DNA of 62,962 bases, filler included, from Aduncisulcus paluster (GCA_024181965.1; 12 parts of 12 records of this genome joined end to end with filler, not necessarily neighbours in it); one strand, 5' to 3'. Shown: positions 50,549-62,409, counted from the first letter of the whole stretch. Notes: a model not told the origin generated them from the letters alone. A program made the numbers and translations.

Positions 50549-50825
50549 TCCCCTTTGATGGAATAAAGTGCGAGTGACTTTTCGTTCCTTTCAAAATAAC
50601 CATCCTTGACTTGTTAAGTCACCTAACAAAACTTTTAACAAGAATTGACACATTTTCATAAAAAATAAAAATTTTCAAGACACGATGTTTCGCGATTTTG
50701 CTCAAGTCATAGACTTGACAATTTGTTTTAAAATGTGAATTTATTCGGCTCTCCTTCAAGAATATGGTTGCTAATGACGAAACTAACGACGAATTCAATA
50801 TGATATTGCATAGTTTTTGCTAAAT

Positions 50826-51894
50826 TTAAATTTCTGCTTCAAACTCATTGAAAAAGAGGGGATCATCCAGTTCGTCAAATCCCAAACCCCCCATGATTGG
50901 ATCGAAAATTTCAAAATTCATTTCTTCAGGTAATTTTCGTGACCCTTTCATATCCGTCTCTTCTTCAACTTCTTCCATGCCTTCCTTCCAAGCTTCCTGA
51001 TCGAACCCTTCGAATGAACATGTTTGTTCTTCAAATAGGATTTCCACACATGCACCAGTCCGCTCGATAAAGTCATACACAGATTGTCGAAGAGGTCTTT
51101 CCTCAGTAAAGGACATGGTCACAAGCATGTGTTGTGGAGGAGTGTATTTAATGAGTGAAGAATGGGTGACTTGGCGAGTGTTTCTTGTGATTTCTCCTTC
51201 TCCTTCCTCCTTCTCTTCTTCCTCCTTCTCTCTTGTTTCCTTCTCCTCGGCAGCAGCTTCTTCCTCTTCCTTTCGTTCATTCGCAACACAAGTTTCAACA
51301 CATAATTCCCCATATCTCAGCCGAGAATATTCAAGCTCAGTTCCTCCAACGATAAGACATATGGTACTGATCTCTTGATGTTGTAAATATCCTGCAGATA
51401 TTGAAGACACATACTTAACTCCATCACAAAAATGAGTAGTTGGCAAAAGCGATGTAGCATTCGGGTATTGTGTGGTTTCAATTGTGGGAATGAGAGAGAT
51501 GGATGGAATAGAATGGAGGAGTGAGGGAAAAAGCAAACTTGAAATGTGGGAGTACACATTCTGTAGATATGAAGGAAGAGTTATACATTCTTGTGTATTG
51601 CAATAATATACAATACTATCATCATATTTGGGCGATATGTGAGGGACAATGGATGGAACCTTGGACAGAGAAATGATAAGATTAATCAAACCATCCATCA
51701 ATAATTCATCGTTTCCTTGAAGAAGACGACCCAAACCATCCAATTTATCCTTAACGAATGAAAAAATATCACAAGTGTGATCATAATCACAGCATAAATT
51801 AGAAAGAAAAGAAAGAAAAACGAACGATTCCGGAAAAAAAATAATCAATTTTACAAGATGACATTGAATTCCCCCTCGAATAATTGTAAAAATA
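50826..51894 (-). CDS. lineage-specific family protein, C-terminus (5' partial); paralog of 44302-44922
   Basis: HISPKYDD, IPTIET, SSLIKYTPPQHMLV, ERPLRQSVYDFIERTG, FEGFDQEAWK. Confidence 0.75.
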
Positions 51895-52222
51895 NNNNNN
51901 NNNNNNNNNNNNNNNNNNNNNNNNNNNNNNNNNNNNNNTTAATTAATTAANNNNNNNNNNNNNNNNNNNNNNNNNNNNNNNNNNNNNNNNNNNNCAAGGG
52001 GTGAATATAGAAAGTAGAGATCGAAGAGAGAATGACCAATAAGAAACATGGCCATCAAAATAGTCAGAAATAGTAGAGAAAAACAACATCATCAATTAGT
52101 TAAAGAAGATAACAGATAGGTAGTCAAGAAACAAAAACAAACAGCTAAGAGGACGTGGGTCTAGAACAGTTATCAATGACAATCAATAAGTTACACCAAC
52201 GACCTTCTTATCGACCTTCTTT

Positions 52223-52687
52223 TCACCCTTCTCTTCCAACACGATAAGCTACAATGCGTTCCTTGCCAAGAGCGCTAATAACAGTACACAACAGTTCCTC
52301 AGAATCTTCGTTGAGAGCTGAGAAAGCAGCACGGAGGTCCTCGCCGAGTTTGCCATGAGGAGCGTCAAGATCTTCGCGGAAAGAGCCATCCGTTCCCATG
52401 AGAATGAGATTATCGCTGTCATCCTCGATGTCTACGAGACTGAGCTCTTGACGTTCGATGACAGGAACATCGACAGAATGGCTTGTGGAGTAAATATCCT
52501 CACGCTTGGCAGACCCAAAGAGGTCGACACCAGTAACACGAGCCTTGGCATGCCCATGCTTTCCAGTCTTATGAATTGTGATCTTAACGATCTTACAGGG
52601 GTTCCCGTCAATCATGACATAGCCTCCTTTACGGAGTTGGCCAGCAGCAACGGGATAGGTAAAGCTTCCATTAACTTGTCCTTCCAT
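52223..52687 (-). CDS. eIF5A: eukaryotic translation initiation factor 5A
   Basis: TYP..AGQLRKGGYVMI.G.PCKIV and the hypusine loop KTGKHGHAK; codon bias typical of a highly expressed gene. Confidence 0.97.
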   Translation of the reverse strand: MEGQVNGSFTYPVAAGQLRKGGYVMIDGNPCKIVKITIHKTGKHGHAKARVTGVDLFGSAKREDIYSTSHSVDVPVIERQELSLVDIEDDSDNLILMGTDGSFREDLDAPHGKLGEDLRAAFSALNEDSEELLCTVISALGKERIVAYRVGREG

Positions 52688-53842
52688 CACATATATGTGG
52701 ATTGAAGTCGTATCAACGAAGAGAAAACTTCATGTTGCGAGGCTGGTTGAGATGAAGGGGGTCGAATAAACTTGTCATCTTCAGAATAATATGCATCTGA
52801 ATAAGGAAGGAAAATGGATTGGTTGGTAGAATGCTGAACAATTCGAAAAAGAATGATGAAAAGTGATGGCCATAAATGCGTAGTGTTTGGGTTATATGTT
52901 ATAACATATATGATTGTAGAAAGATCATTGGACAGGAAGAGAAAAGCTCAAAACTCCGATAGAAGTGGAAAGAATGGATAAAAGAACTCTTCAAGAAAGT
53001 AATAGAATATAGGAAACGGATGTAACTTATATGTAAAATGAAACAATGAATCCCACAGTGGGATTAACGGGACAAATCATAAATATTCCATTCTAGGACG
53101 TATATGTTCAATAATTCAGTTCAAAAAGACAAATAATCATCCATAATATGATTATAGTATCTGTATTAATGGCATTGAAGGAACATAACAATTTGATTTC
53201 GACAGAAAAACGGATTTTCTTTTCATGACTTTTTTTTTGAATCCTATTTCTCGTTCCCCTTCATGTTACAAGGGGTGTGGATTTTAATTTTTTGATCATA
53301 TCTTAAGAATGTACTATTTGATTCATTTGTATATTTTTATTCGTAATAGCCCCATTGAACATAAAGAAACAATGATTGTTTCTCTCCTATTTGAATTAAG
53401 AAATTAGAAGTAAACCAACATAGAAAATGGAACAAATGGATAAGATTGATTGCAGTGTCAAATATGTGACTCATTGACAACATGTATCAAGAGTGGGAAT
53501 GTATCATAATCAAAGTCACATTCAGATATACTGATAAAGGAGTATAATATGATATTCCATTCCAATATTATAAACTACCGCAGCATTTAAAGAGCAATTA
53601 ATGTTAACATATTAGATGGATAGCTTCCAAAACAGATGATTCGGTGATTTAGTTTTTAGATTCTCGTGTAAACAGAGTTGTTCGCATTTTAATTGGAATA
53701 TCCAATGTATATCTCTATCTTAACTCCACGAATCCCCATCTATACCTCTGGCAATGATCTTTATCAGCACAAAAAAAATGTTTTGCCTTTTTTGTTACAG
53801 TCTTAACACACTTCTTTTCTCTATTTTTCTTCAATTAATCTC

Positions 53843-54166
53843 ATGTCAAGTGTTGTTGTTAAATCGGGGTATATCATCAAACAGGGTGGAACGATTAAGT
53901 CGTGGAAACAACGATTCATGATTCTGACTTCTTGTGGTACTATCCGGTATTTTGAGTCTCCATCTTCGCTTGCTCCAAAGAATGGATTTGATATTCGTGA
54001 TATCAACGATGTAGAGCTTGTTGAGAGTGGGGTTGGACATGGGCCTGGTCTTATCTTGCACATGGACAAACGAGCCTTTAAGATCAAGACTTTTTCGGCT
54101 GAGGATGCATCAAAGTGGCATAAAGCATTTGTTGCGGTCAAAGAATCCATTACTTCAAAACCATAA
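53843..54166 (+). CDS. stand-alone pleckstrin homology domain protein
   Basis: KSGYIIKQGGTIKSWKQRFMIL...IRYF...DASKW..A: canonical PH with a basic beta1-beta2 loop. Confidence 0.9.
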   Translation: MSSVVVKSGYIIKQGGTIKSWKQRFMILTSCGTIRYFESPSSLAPKNGFDIRDINDVELVESGVGHGPGLILHMDKRAFKIKTFSAEDASKWHKAFVAVKESITSKP

Positions 54167-54830
54167 AAGTTTGTTTACAGTGTAAACACTCTTGTTTATT
54201 CGTCGATCTCTAAATGATCTTTTGTATTGATTGCCACTCATATTATTGTGGAAGACTGGAATATAATTCACAACCTGCTCCAAATAGTTAATATATTTTA
54301 GAATTTCTGTTGACAAGAATCCATTTTTAGGTCATTTAGGTTAGGTTAAAATCTTTATTCTTTAGATTTCCTCATTATATTGTTTTTGCGATTCCTTGTG
54401 TGAAATGTATTTGCAATATACAATATTCACTTATTACGTGTGCTTAATGGCATTTTTCGATTTATGATTCGATAATACGACAAAATTGTGAATCTGAGTG
54501 GGCTCTGTGATTGATATTTATTGATTCCAATAATCGTTATCATTAATAGCAATTCTCTTCTTTTCAACCTTGACCATTGAAAAAGAAGTATCTCTCGAGT
54601 CCATTCATGCCCAAACAAAACACAAAAACATTTCTGGTGTTAAATATAACCATTCTGTTTCTAATAAAACACTTCAACTGTCCTTTCTCATGTTCTTCTT
54701 TTTCAAAATGACAACTAATACGTTTTAAATAGATCCATTTCAGACTTAGAACAATGACGTTTTCAAAACGTTTTTTGAAATGGTTCTTTCCTCGTAATCT
54801 ATCCAAGTTGCCATCATTTATAACTATTAT

Positions 54831-55676
54831 ATGGATTTACACGTTCCAACTGTGAATGAATTTCTTGAAGATCCATCGGTTCTACGCGATAAACTCATGC
54901 CAGGAGTCAAATATGACGATTTTGTGTCAGCCCTCGAAAAAATTCGTTCACATGCCAAATTCATTGTTAAAACGATTGAAGACTTTGATAGCGATAATGA
55001 TCCAACCATAACAAATGGATCATTTTATGGTGGAATTCCCAGAACGTCCGAAAAGTTTCCTTGGCCAACATGTGATAAGTGCCATGAAAAAATGATGTCT
55101 TTCATCCAAATCGATCTCTCAAAGTTTCATATGGATCTAAAAGACTGGAAGCAAGAGCTTGAGGAGATGTCTTTGGATAAATGGTTTGGATCCTTCTCTG
55201 GCTATCTCCAATTATTCTGTTGCACCACTTGTGGCAAGGGATCTATTCGTGTTGTACAAATTGATGACACTGAAGCTGATACCGTTCGACCTGGTCGCTT
55301 CGATGATCTTGTGGCTGAATCCTTTGCTGTTAAGAAAGTCGATATCGCTCGATTCTATGGTGATTATGATTTTCCCGAATATTTTTCACTTGCAGACCTT
55401 CGTTCGTGTGATGTAACAAAGGAAGAAGCCAATGCATTTGATGAATGCATTGATCTGTTCCACTCACATGGTGACAAAATCTTTGGATACCCCACCTGGA
55501 TTCAAGGAAAAGAAGAATTTGTATGTCCAATCTGTTCTACTATTATGATGCCTGCGTTTCAGTTCGAAGGAGATGGTAGTGGACATGTTGATCTATCTAT
55601 GGGAGATTCAGGAAACCTCATCTTTTTCGTGTGTGAAACCCATCCTTGTGTCGAACTGATGTTCTCAATGTGTTAA
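54831..55676 (+). CDS. DUF1963/YwqG-like protein with CxxC pairs
   Basis: SFYGGIP..WPTCDKC..MSFIQIDLS, GYLQLF, KIFGYPTWIQ..CPIC, MGDSGNL motifs. Confidence 0.7.
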   Translation: MDLHVPTVNEFLEDPSVLRDKLMPGVKYDDFVSALEKIRSHAKFIVKTIEDFDSDNDPTITNGSFYGGIPRTSEKFPWPTCDKCHEKMMSFIQIDLSKFHMDLKDWKQELEEMSLDKWFGSFSGYLQLFCCTTCGKGSIRVVQIDDTEADTVRPGRFDDLVAESFAVKKVDIARFYGDYDFPEYFSLADLRSCDVTKEEANAFDECIDLFHSHGDKIFGYPTWIQGKEEFVCPICSTIMMPAFQFEGDGSGHVDLSMGDSGNLIFFVCETHPCVELMFSMC

Positions 55677-55926
55677 ACAAGAACATATTGATCTAATAAT
55701 ACCAACAATAATACTTTGCATATTAGAACTCGGATAGACCGACTCAATTGAATGAAGTTTGGATATTGACAAATAATTATCATTAGCTTCAGTGGATAGT
55801 CACAACATAATTGGGATTCTTGGATTNNNNNNNNNNNNNNNNNNNNNNNNNNNNNNNNNNNNNNNNNNNNTTAATTAATTAANNNNNNNNNNNNNNNNNN
55901 NNNNNNNNNNNNNNNNNNNNNNNNNN

Positions 55927-56817
55927 GTTCTAGCCTTTGTATTTGCGATTATGGATACTCTGATCATCATTGCAGTTTATTTCAAGGTATTTTTTAAACA
56001 AGAATTCAATGGTAAATGGCCTTTGTTCTGTCTTTCTATTTTCCCAATTGCTACAATAATTCCTTTTTATTTATGGTACACTCCATTTTATATGTCAGCC
56101 AATAATTATTATGGTGCTAGAATGACATGGACTCAGTGTACTTTGGCTTATTTTCTATCTTATGTTGGAGTAATCTTCATGGATTACCGTTCATTGAGAC
56201 TTGCTGCCGCCGCAGCTCCTCAGGTTTCTGATGAGCAAAGGCGTCAAATGTTTTGCATGACGTGTGTTATGTTTATTCTGAACGAAATGTTTTTTATTAT
56301 GATCGCCCAGCTTATTCCAAGTCTCATTAGCAGTCTAACTGAATCAATTAAAGGTAGTGCAATTGTAACTCTTGTCTCTTCGATATTATTTGGAATGTTA
56401 TTCGCTTTCGGAGTGCTTTTCCTTCATAAAAAGTCTCCAGATGCCCAATCAGAATCTGCACAGACAAGAATGAAACTCAAACTTGCCACTTTAGCCGTTC
56501 TACTTGTTGGAGTAATTGTCGAGAGTAGTGGAACTATCGCTAACTCAAGAAATACCGAAGTTGTTGGAGAAGTATTCTGCTACTGTTATCCAATGTTATA
56601 TTGTCTCATTTTACAAATGATTCAAAAGGATAGGATGTCTGGAGAAGGACTTCTTAGTGGCTCCGGCGGATGGGGTCAAAGTGCAGGAATTGTGGGAAAT
56701 AATAGTTACAATGCCCCATCTACCATTGCTTCTGTTACTTCCTCATCTTCAAACCCTCCTCCAGCTCGGCCTGGTCATTCCAATCCGTGGAGTGGCAAAA
56801 GTCGCCGTCTTGGATAA
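55927..56817 (+). CDS. multi-pass membrane protein (about 6-7 TM), 5' partial
   Basis: Successive hydrophobic helices, G/S/P-rich tail ending WSGKSRRLG. Confidence 0.75.
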   Translation, partial: VLAFVFAIMDTLIIIAVYFKVFFKQEFNGKWPLFCLSIFPIATIIPFYLWYTPFYMSANNYYGARMTWTQCTLAYFLSYVGVIFMDYRSLRLAAAAAPQVSDEQRRQMFCMTCVMFILNEMFFIMIAQLIPSLISSLTESIKGSAIVTLVSSILFGMLFAFGVLFLHKKSPDAQSESAQTRMKLKLATLAVLLVGVIVESSGTIANSRNTEVVGEVFCYCYPMLYCLILQMIQKDRMSGEGLLSGSGGWGQSAGIVGNNSYNAPSTIASVTSSSSNPPPARPGHSNPWSGKSRRLG

Positions 56818-57113
56818 CGTGTCCAGCATTTTTCAATCCAAAAATGTATAAAATACGATCATAGTTGCCAAACTGTCACCTCTCTTCAAAATAGAGAGTA
56901 ATTACTATCACTATTATTGCGGAATTATACATAATTCAGCCCAACTGTACTTGTATATAGACTTTTCCCCCTCTCCATTCCAGAGTTCAAAATAAATATA
57001 TTGAAATGTTAATTTTTATGTATACATTATTTGGATTAAATATTGATTGGTTGATTGAAATTTTCATGATCCTATCAGAAAATAAGTATTTTTGGCTATT
57101 ATTATACTATCGA

Positions 57114-59391
57114 ATGGATTGGACAGATTTTGTCAATCAAAAATGTTCAAATTACGTATATTCGAATAAGAAAATTCTGCAAAATCCAATATTTTCATCC
57201 AATTCAACTCGAATAGCCAAATTGATTGCCTTACTCCGTAATCTCATTGTAAATGAGAGTGTTATTCATTATCTCTCCGGTAAAAAGGGGAAAGAAGCTT
57301 CAAATATGATACAACATGCTCTTTCAATAATTGAATCGATGTCGACAGAAGATCATGTCTTTATCGGTAGAATCCCGTCAAAAACGCAATTTCTTCACAA
57401 AATTATTATTGAATGTATAAGTATGCCAACGGTTGAAAATCCAAAACTTTTGGAATATTGTTGTTCATGTCTATTTGGTATTTCGAATCCCTCTATTAAA
57501 TCTGATTCCAAATCCCCCGTTTCCGCACCGGATATATGGGTTTCTATTTGTAAATATGCAGATAACTATCTTCAAACTCATTGTCAAGGACGTTTTACTT
57601 TTCGAAACATACTCATGACTATATTAGCGGCCAATTGGGCCAAAAAGCAAGAATCTATTTCAAAAANNNNNNNNNNNNNNNNNNNNATCCCTCTATTAAA
57701 TCTGATTCCAAATCCCCCGTTTCCGCACCGGATATATGGGTTTCTATTTGTAAATATGCAGATAACTATCTTCAAACTCATTGTCAAGGACGTTTTACTT
57801 TTCGAAACATACTCATGAATATATTAGCGGCCAATTGGGCCAAAAAGCAAGAATCTATTTCAAAAAAGCTTGCTAAAGCCAAAAAGAAATCAGATAAGTC
57901 TGCGTCACAGGAAAAAAATGTTGTTAACCCTGTTGTTGATATTGTTGATGATTCTTCCCTCCATTCGATAGAACCCCAACCTTCTTTCTCTCTCCCTCCC
58001 ATCATATTACACCCTTCTCTTCTCCCCCTCTCTCTTCTTCCTTTCTCTCTCTCGTATTCATACTTTGGAGGAAGTTCCCAAGTTGTTCGTGTCTTTCTCC
58101 GGCATTCTTTGCCTCAATACATTGCTTCTTATGGATGGCCAACGGTATGTGAGGTGTTGTGTTCCTCTATGTGTTTATCTCTGCGTGGAATCAGAAGATG
58201 TCGTCTTATAAGAAGAAAAACATCAAAGAAAACTATTGACTCGCACTCCTTTTCTTCTTCTTCTCCGTCTCTTTCTCCCTTGTTCACTACCGAGGCATTT
58301 ATCGTGTGTAAGGAAGCAGGAGTGAGCAAGCAAACGGATGAGGACGAACAGTTGGCCAGACAAACTATGAATTTCTGTCTCACGATTCTTCCTGTCATCT
58401 TCGACACTCTCAAAACGGTGTCTCCTGTTCTTATATCACTCACCCCAGAAAGATACGGCGCTAAAAATAGCGACTCTTTCTCAATATCTTTATTGAGTGA
58501 GTTATTGTCACTCAATCAATCTCATGTTGCCACACAGAAGTGTACCTTCATTGTAGGGATATGTAGGAGTCTGGAAGACAGTTTTTGGATAGATCTTGAC
58601 AATTTACAGTCTTCCATTTCCACCAAACTTGCTAAGGACGAAGAGATCGACCCTGCTACACCCTCAGAAAAAGGATTAGAGGAAGAAGAAATGACTGAGT
58701 CTCACAAGACAGATATAATTGAGAATGCCGGAATTAATCCCTCAAAGCAAATAGAGATATTCACCCCCAACACCCTTATTCACCTCCTCCTCTCATCTCT
58801 AATGGCTTCTTCCATCTCTAGTTCCACCTATTATATCCGTCCTCTCCTCCGTTTCCTTTCTATACCACCTGCCACAGTACCTCCCCGTGTCTTTGAGTTG
58901 GTTTTACTGTGGAATGCTGTATCTGGCTGGGGAAGTGGTGTGTGTGGTGGAGATCTGTGTGAATTGAGGAAATGCGTATCCTCTATGCTTAACAGGACAT
59001 GTGGTTGTAAATGCGATGAAGACAGGTCCAGTGAACATCGCTCTCCTTCTACTTCTGCTATAGCTGCTCTTGAAGCTGGTCGTGAAGCCAAGAAGATGTC
59101 TTTGATGACAATTGACGATCCATCTTTACTCACTGTGACCTCAGTGAGTGAGTTGTTATCACTCAATCAGAGAATACTCGATTTCATGTCCTCCAGATCA
59201 TCTATTGATATAAATTCAACCATGATTGCTCCCTGGCTATCGTTTTCTGCCACTATCCCTGCCAATTTGAAGAATAGTGATAAATGTTCAATGTATATTG
59301 CGAAGATAACATCGTCCCAGCGTAGACTCTTTGTTAATTCTTTCATTGGAATGTGTGTTTCCCTTTTGTGTAATCCCTCATCATGCTCCAT
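57114..59391 (+). CDS. hypothetical protein (split by a gap duplication, 3' partial); start at 57114 or 57006
   Basis: ORFs 57006-57818 and 57581-59443 join once the 200-nt offset duplication is collapsed. Confidence 0.65.
57487..57866. repeat. gap-flanking duplication (57487-57666 vs 57687-57866), one substitution
   Basis: Offset 200; ATGACT vs ATGAAT (T/N). Confidence 0.9.
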
Positions 59392-59491
59392 NNNNNNNNN
59401 NNNNNNNNNNNNNNNNNNNNNNNNNNNNNNNNNNNTTAATTAATTAANNNNNNNNNNNNNNNNNNNNNNNNNNNNNNNNNNNNNNNNNNNN

Positions 59492-62151
59492 TATCTTCCG
59501 ATCTGTCGCTCATCACGACTCTGCAAGGTCTCGAATATGTTCAAGGTCTCGACAGTGAAGTGAATAACATTGGTCTCACCGAGTTGCATCTCGATGGATA
59601 TGATCTAAGTGGTGATGATGATGCCACTTCTTATGACAAGCTTGTTGTCCAGATCCTGTCGAAAGCTATCTCGCATTCCTCTATTTCCAGTGGTCTCACT
59701 GTGTTATCTGCGAGTGGTTGTGGATTGACGAGTGTGAATGATATCCTCGATTTCACTCCCATTGTTTCCGGTGACGACGCCACGGCCCCTTTCAAGCTAA
59801 CCACGCTGGACCTGTCGAACAATCGTATCTCCGATGTTTCTGTCTTCCTTACCGAGGAGAGTATCTTTCCCGCGGATGTATTGGTCTCGCTCGATATCAG
59901 CAACAATTATATCTGCGATATTGATGGCGTTGTATCAGTGTTAAGTGAGAACCTATCCTTGGATACGCTTATCTCTTCCGCACAAACGTGCAAGTGCACA
60001 GCGCCTGTCTCGTTTGCCGATCATCAAGTCTGTCGAGAAGTGTATCCCGATCGCTGGGCGGTTGAGTGCTGGAATGGCTATTATTATAATAAGTTTTCCG
60101 GATCTTGTGTCAAAGCCACCACTGATTCTAATGTTACTCGATGCTCTGTGTGTGAACGTAAGGATAACATGATGGCCGTTGTTGAAGAAGATGGCGAGGA
60201 CATTATATGCGACTGTCGGTCTGCATGGTATGGTGATGACTGTGATATTCTTGTCCCCATAATAACTCCTGTTCCTTCACCTCCATCATCTTTTCCTTGG
60301 CTCCCATGTATTCTTCTTGGAGTGCTGTTTATTGGGATTATTATTGCAATTGTTCTTGTCATCAGAAATTGTCAAAAGAAATCTGTCTCAAAACACTCTT
60401 CTCATAATGTTGATGAATCCTCCTCTTTGCTTCGATCTAAACCAATTGGTGAAACATCGGAGTTTAATTCTTATGATTCCATTCCTGTATTGGATGATGA
60501 TATGTCTTTATTGCCAATCACAACAGAAACCTCTAAGACTTCCTATGTGAGGAAACCATCTGAAGTGCACCAAGCAAGCAAGGGATACAATTGGTTTTTA
60601 GCTGAACATTCTTCTTCTGTCTCTGAGCCAGTTCCTCATACTATAATGTTATCACATGTTCCAAAAGCAGATTCTATAACCTTATCAAACCCCACTGATA
60701 TTGTTCCTCTCTGTATTCTTGGTCATGGTGGATTTGGAGAAGTTCTTCTTGTTCAAGTTAAAGGAATTCCTTTCCCATGTGTTCTGAAAAAAATGGTCAA
60801 GGTTGGAGATGAGTCTGTAATTCAGAGATGTCGAAAAGAATGGACAGTCCAACGTAAGTTGTTCAACAATCCAAAGTGTTTTCAATGTATTCCTCGCCCA
60901 TTATATATTCTTGATCTCCTCGATTCTTCATATCAGGGAGATTTTGGATTTTTGATGGAATTTTGTTCAGGATTTAGTGTTTTCTCATTCTCAAAGAAAT
61001 GGTGTTCTATTGTTGGTTCGGATTCCGATATTGATCTCAAACCATATGAAGATACATCTGACTCTTATTCCATGTCAGACGAAGATGTTTATTCCNNNNN
61101 NNNNNNNNNNNNNNNATGTCGAAAAGAATGGACAGTCCAACGTAAGTTGTTCAACAATCCAAAGTGTTTTCAATGTATTCCTCGCCCATTATATATTCTT
61201 GATCTCCTCGATTCTTCATATCAGGGAGATTTTGGATTTTTGATGGAATTTTGTTCAGGATTTAGTGTTTTCTCATTCTCAAAGAAATGGTGTTCTATTG
61301 TTGGTTCGGATTCCGATATTGATCTCAAACCATATGAAGATACATCTGACTCTTATTCCATGTCAGACGAAGATGTTTATTCCCATCCTTTGGAATTAGA
61401 TCCCCTGAAAGTAAGTGCATTATGTGTTGGAATGATTGAATGTCTCGATGATGTATTTGTTGCAAAACCTGGGCTTGTTCATCGAGATATAAAACCAGAC
61501 AACTTTTTGGTTCGCATTGATCCAAAAGATGGTGAATGTAGCATTGTTCTTGGTGATCTAGGCCTTGCCAGAATTCAAGATACTATTTCTTCTGTTCATT
61601 CTATATCGAAGAAATCAGATGCTATATCAGAAGTTTTGATTCCTCAACATTATGTTTGTGGAACATTGGTGTACAACTCAATTGAAGCCCTTCTTGAGGG
61701 AAACCATTCCCATCTAAGTGATGCTTATTCCTTGGGATTGTCAATTTTCACTTTGTTTATGAATAGACGTCCATTTTCTGATCACCCTTATCTTCGTGGA
61801 GTTTATGATTCAAAAGAATTCATTGAGCATCTCGCATTTTTATTAAAGAAGAAGTTTTCACCTAAACTCTCATCGTCTCCATTATTTTCATCTCTCAACA
61901 CCCTTGAAGATGGAAAATATGTTCCTGTATATCAATGCATACATGAAATATTCATTGGATTAACTCAGAATGATTTGAAAACCAGAATGAGCGTCCATAC
62001 GGCCCGCAAGAAGGTTCAATCAATTAAACCACTTCTTCCGAAGATTGGAGAAGGTTGGCATAATCCAAGTATTGATGAAATCATCGCTACTCAGCGCAAA
62101 CTATACGATTCAGTTGGTTCAATTCAAATTCTTCCAGACCACCCTAAGTAA
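59492..62151 (+). CDS. LRR/Cys-rich ectodomain - TM - Ser/Thr kinase (receptor-like kinase), 5' partial
   Basis: LTTLDLSNNRISDVS LRR, CREVYPDRWAVECWNGYY, CRSAWYGDDC, TM WLPCILLGVLFIGIIIAIVLVI, then GHGGFG, VLKK, HRDIKPDN, DLG; ectodomain to kinase N-lobe is gap-free. Confidence 0.9.
60828..61383. repeat. gap-flanking duplication (60828-61095 vs 61116-61383)
   Basis: Offset 288 around N 61096-61115. Confidence 0.9.
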
Positions 62152-62409
62152 CCTCCAGTTTATTTGAATAAGAATTATTTCTATTTCAATTTTATGTTTC
62201 TTACCGATTTTGTTTTTATCTTTTGTTTTTTTAATCCCTCTCCTCAACGCATTTCTTTTAAATTATTGATAACTTCGTGGCAACCTATTGATGTTATGGG
62301 TTTCCAAGACAGTCCACTGTCTTTCTAGACTTTCTATTTTAAGGATATTATCCGGAGTAGATCTAACCTCCTTTCTTTGGTTTATTTTCCTTCTTTTTCT
62401 CTTCCTATA

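Noticed and set aside
52687-52947. Pro-Pro-containing upstream frame (..KFIRPPSSQP..) as an eIF5A-sensing uORF
   Set aside because: The frame has no ATG until its last sense codon, and a 5' UTR that long is unlikely here
11613-59491. Recurrent TTAATTAATTAA element as a biological repeat or mobile-element target site
   Set aside because: Always centred in exactly 44+44 Ns; it is a six-frame-stop concatenation linker
1477-61383. Apparent internal domain duplications and split genes at the 20-N gaps
   Set aside because: All eight gaps are flanked by 180-400 nt direct duplicates, the signature of unmerged scaffold overlaps
20289-62151. Functional clustering of tRNA/translation genes, or of LRR genes with kinases
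   Set aside because: They lie on different contigs joined artificially, so their proximity is meaningless
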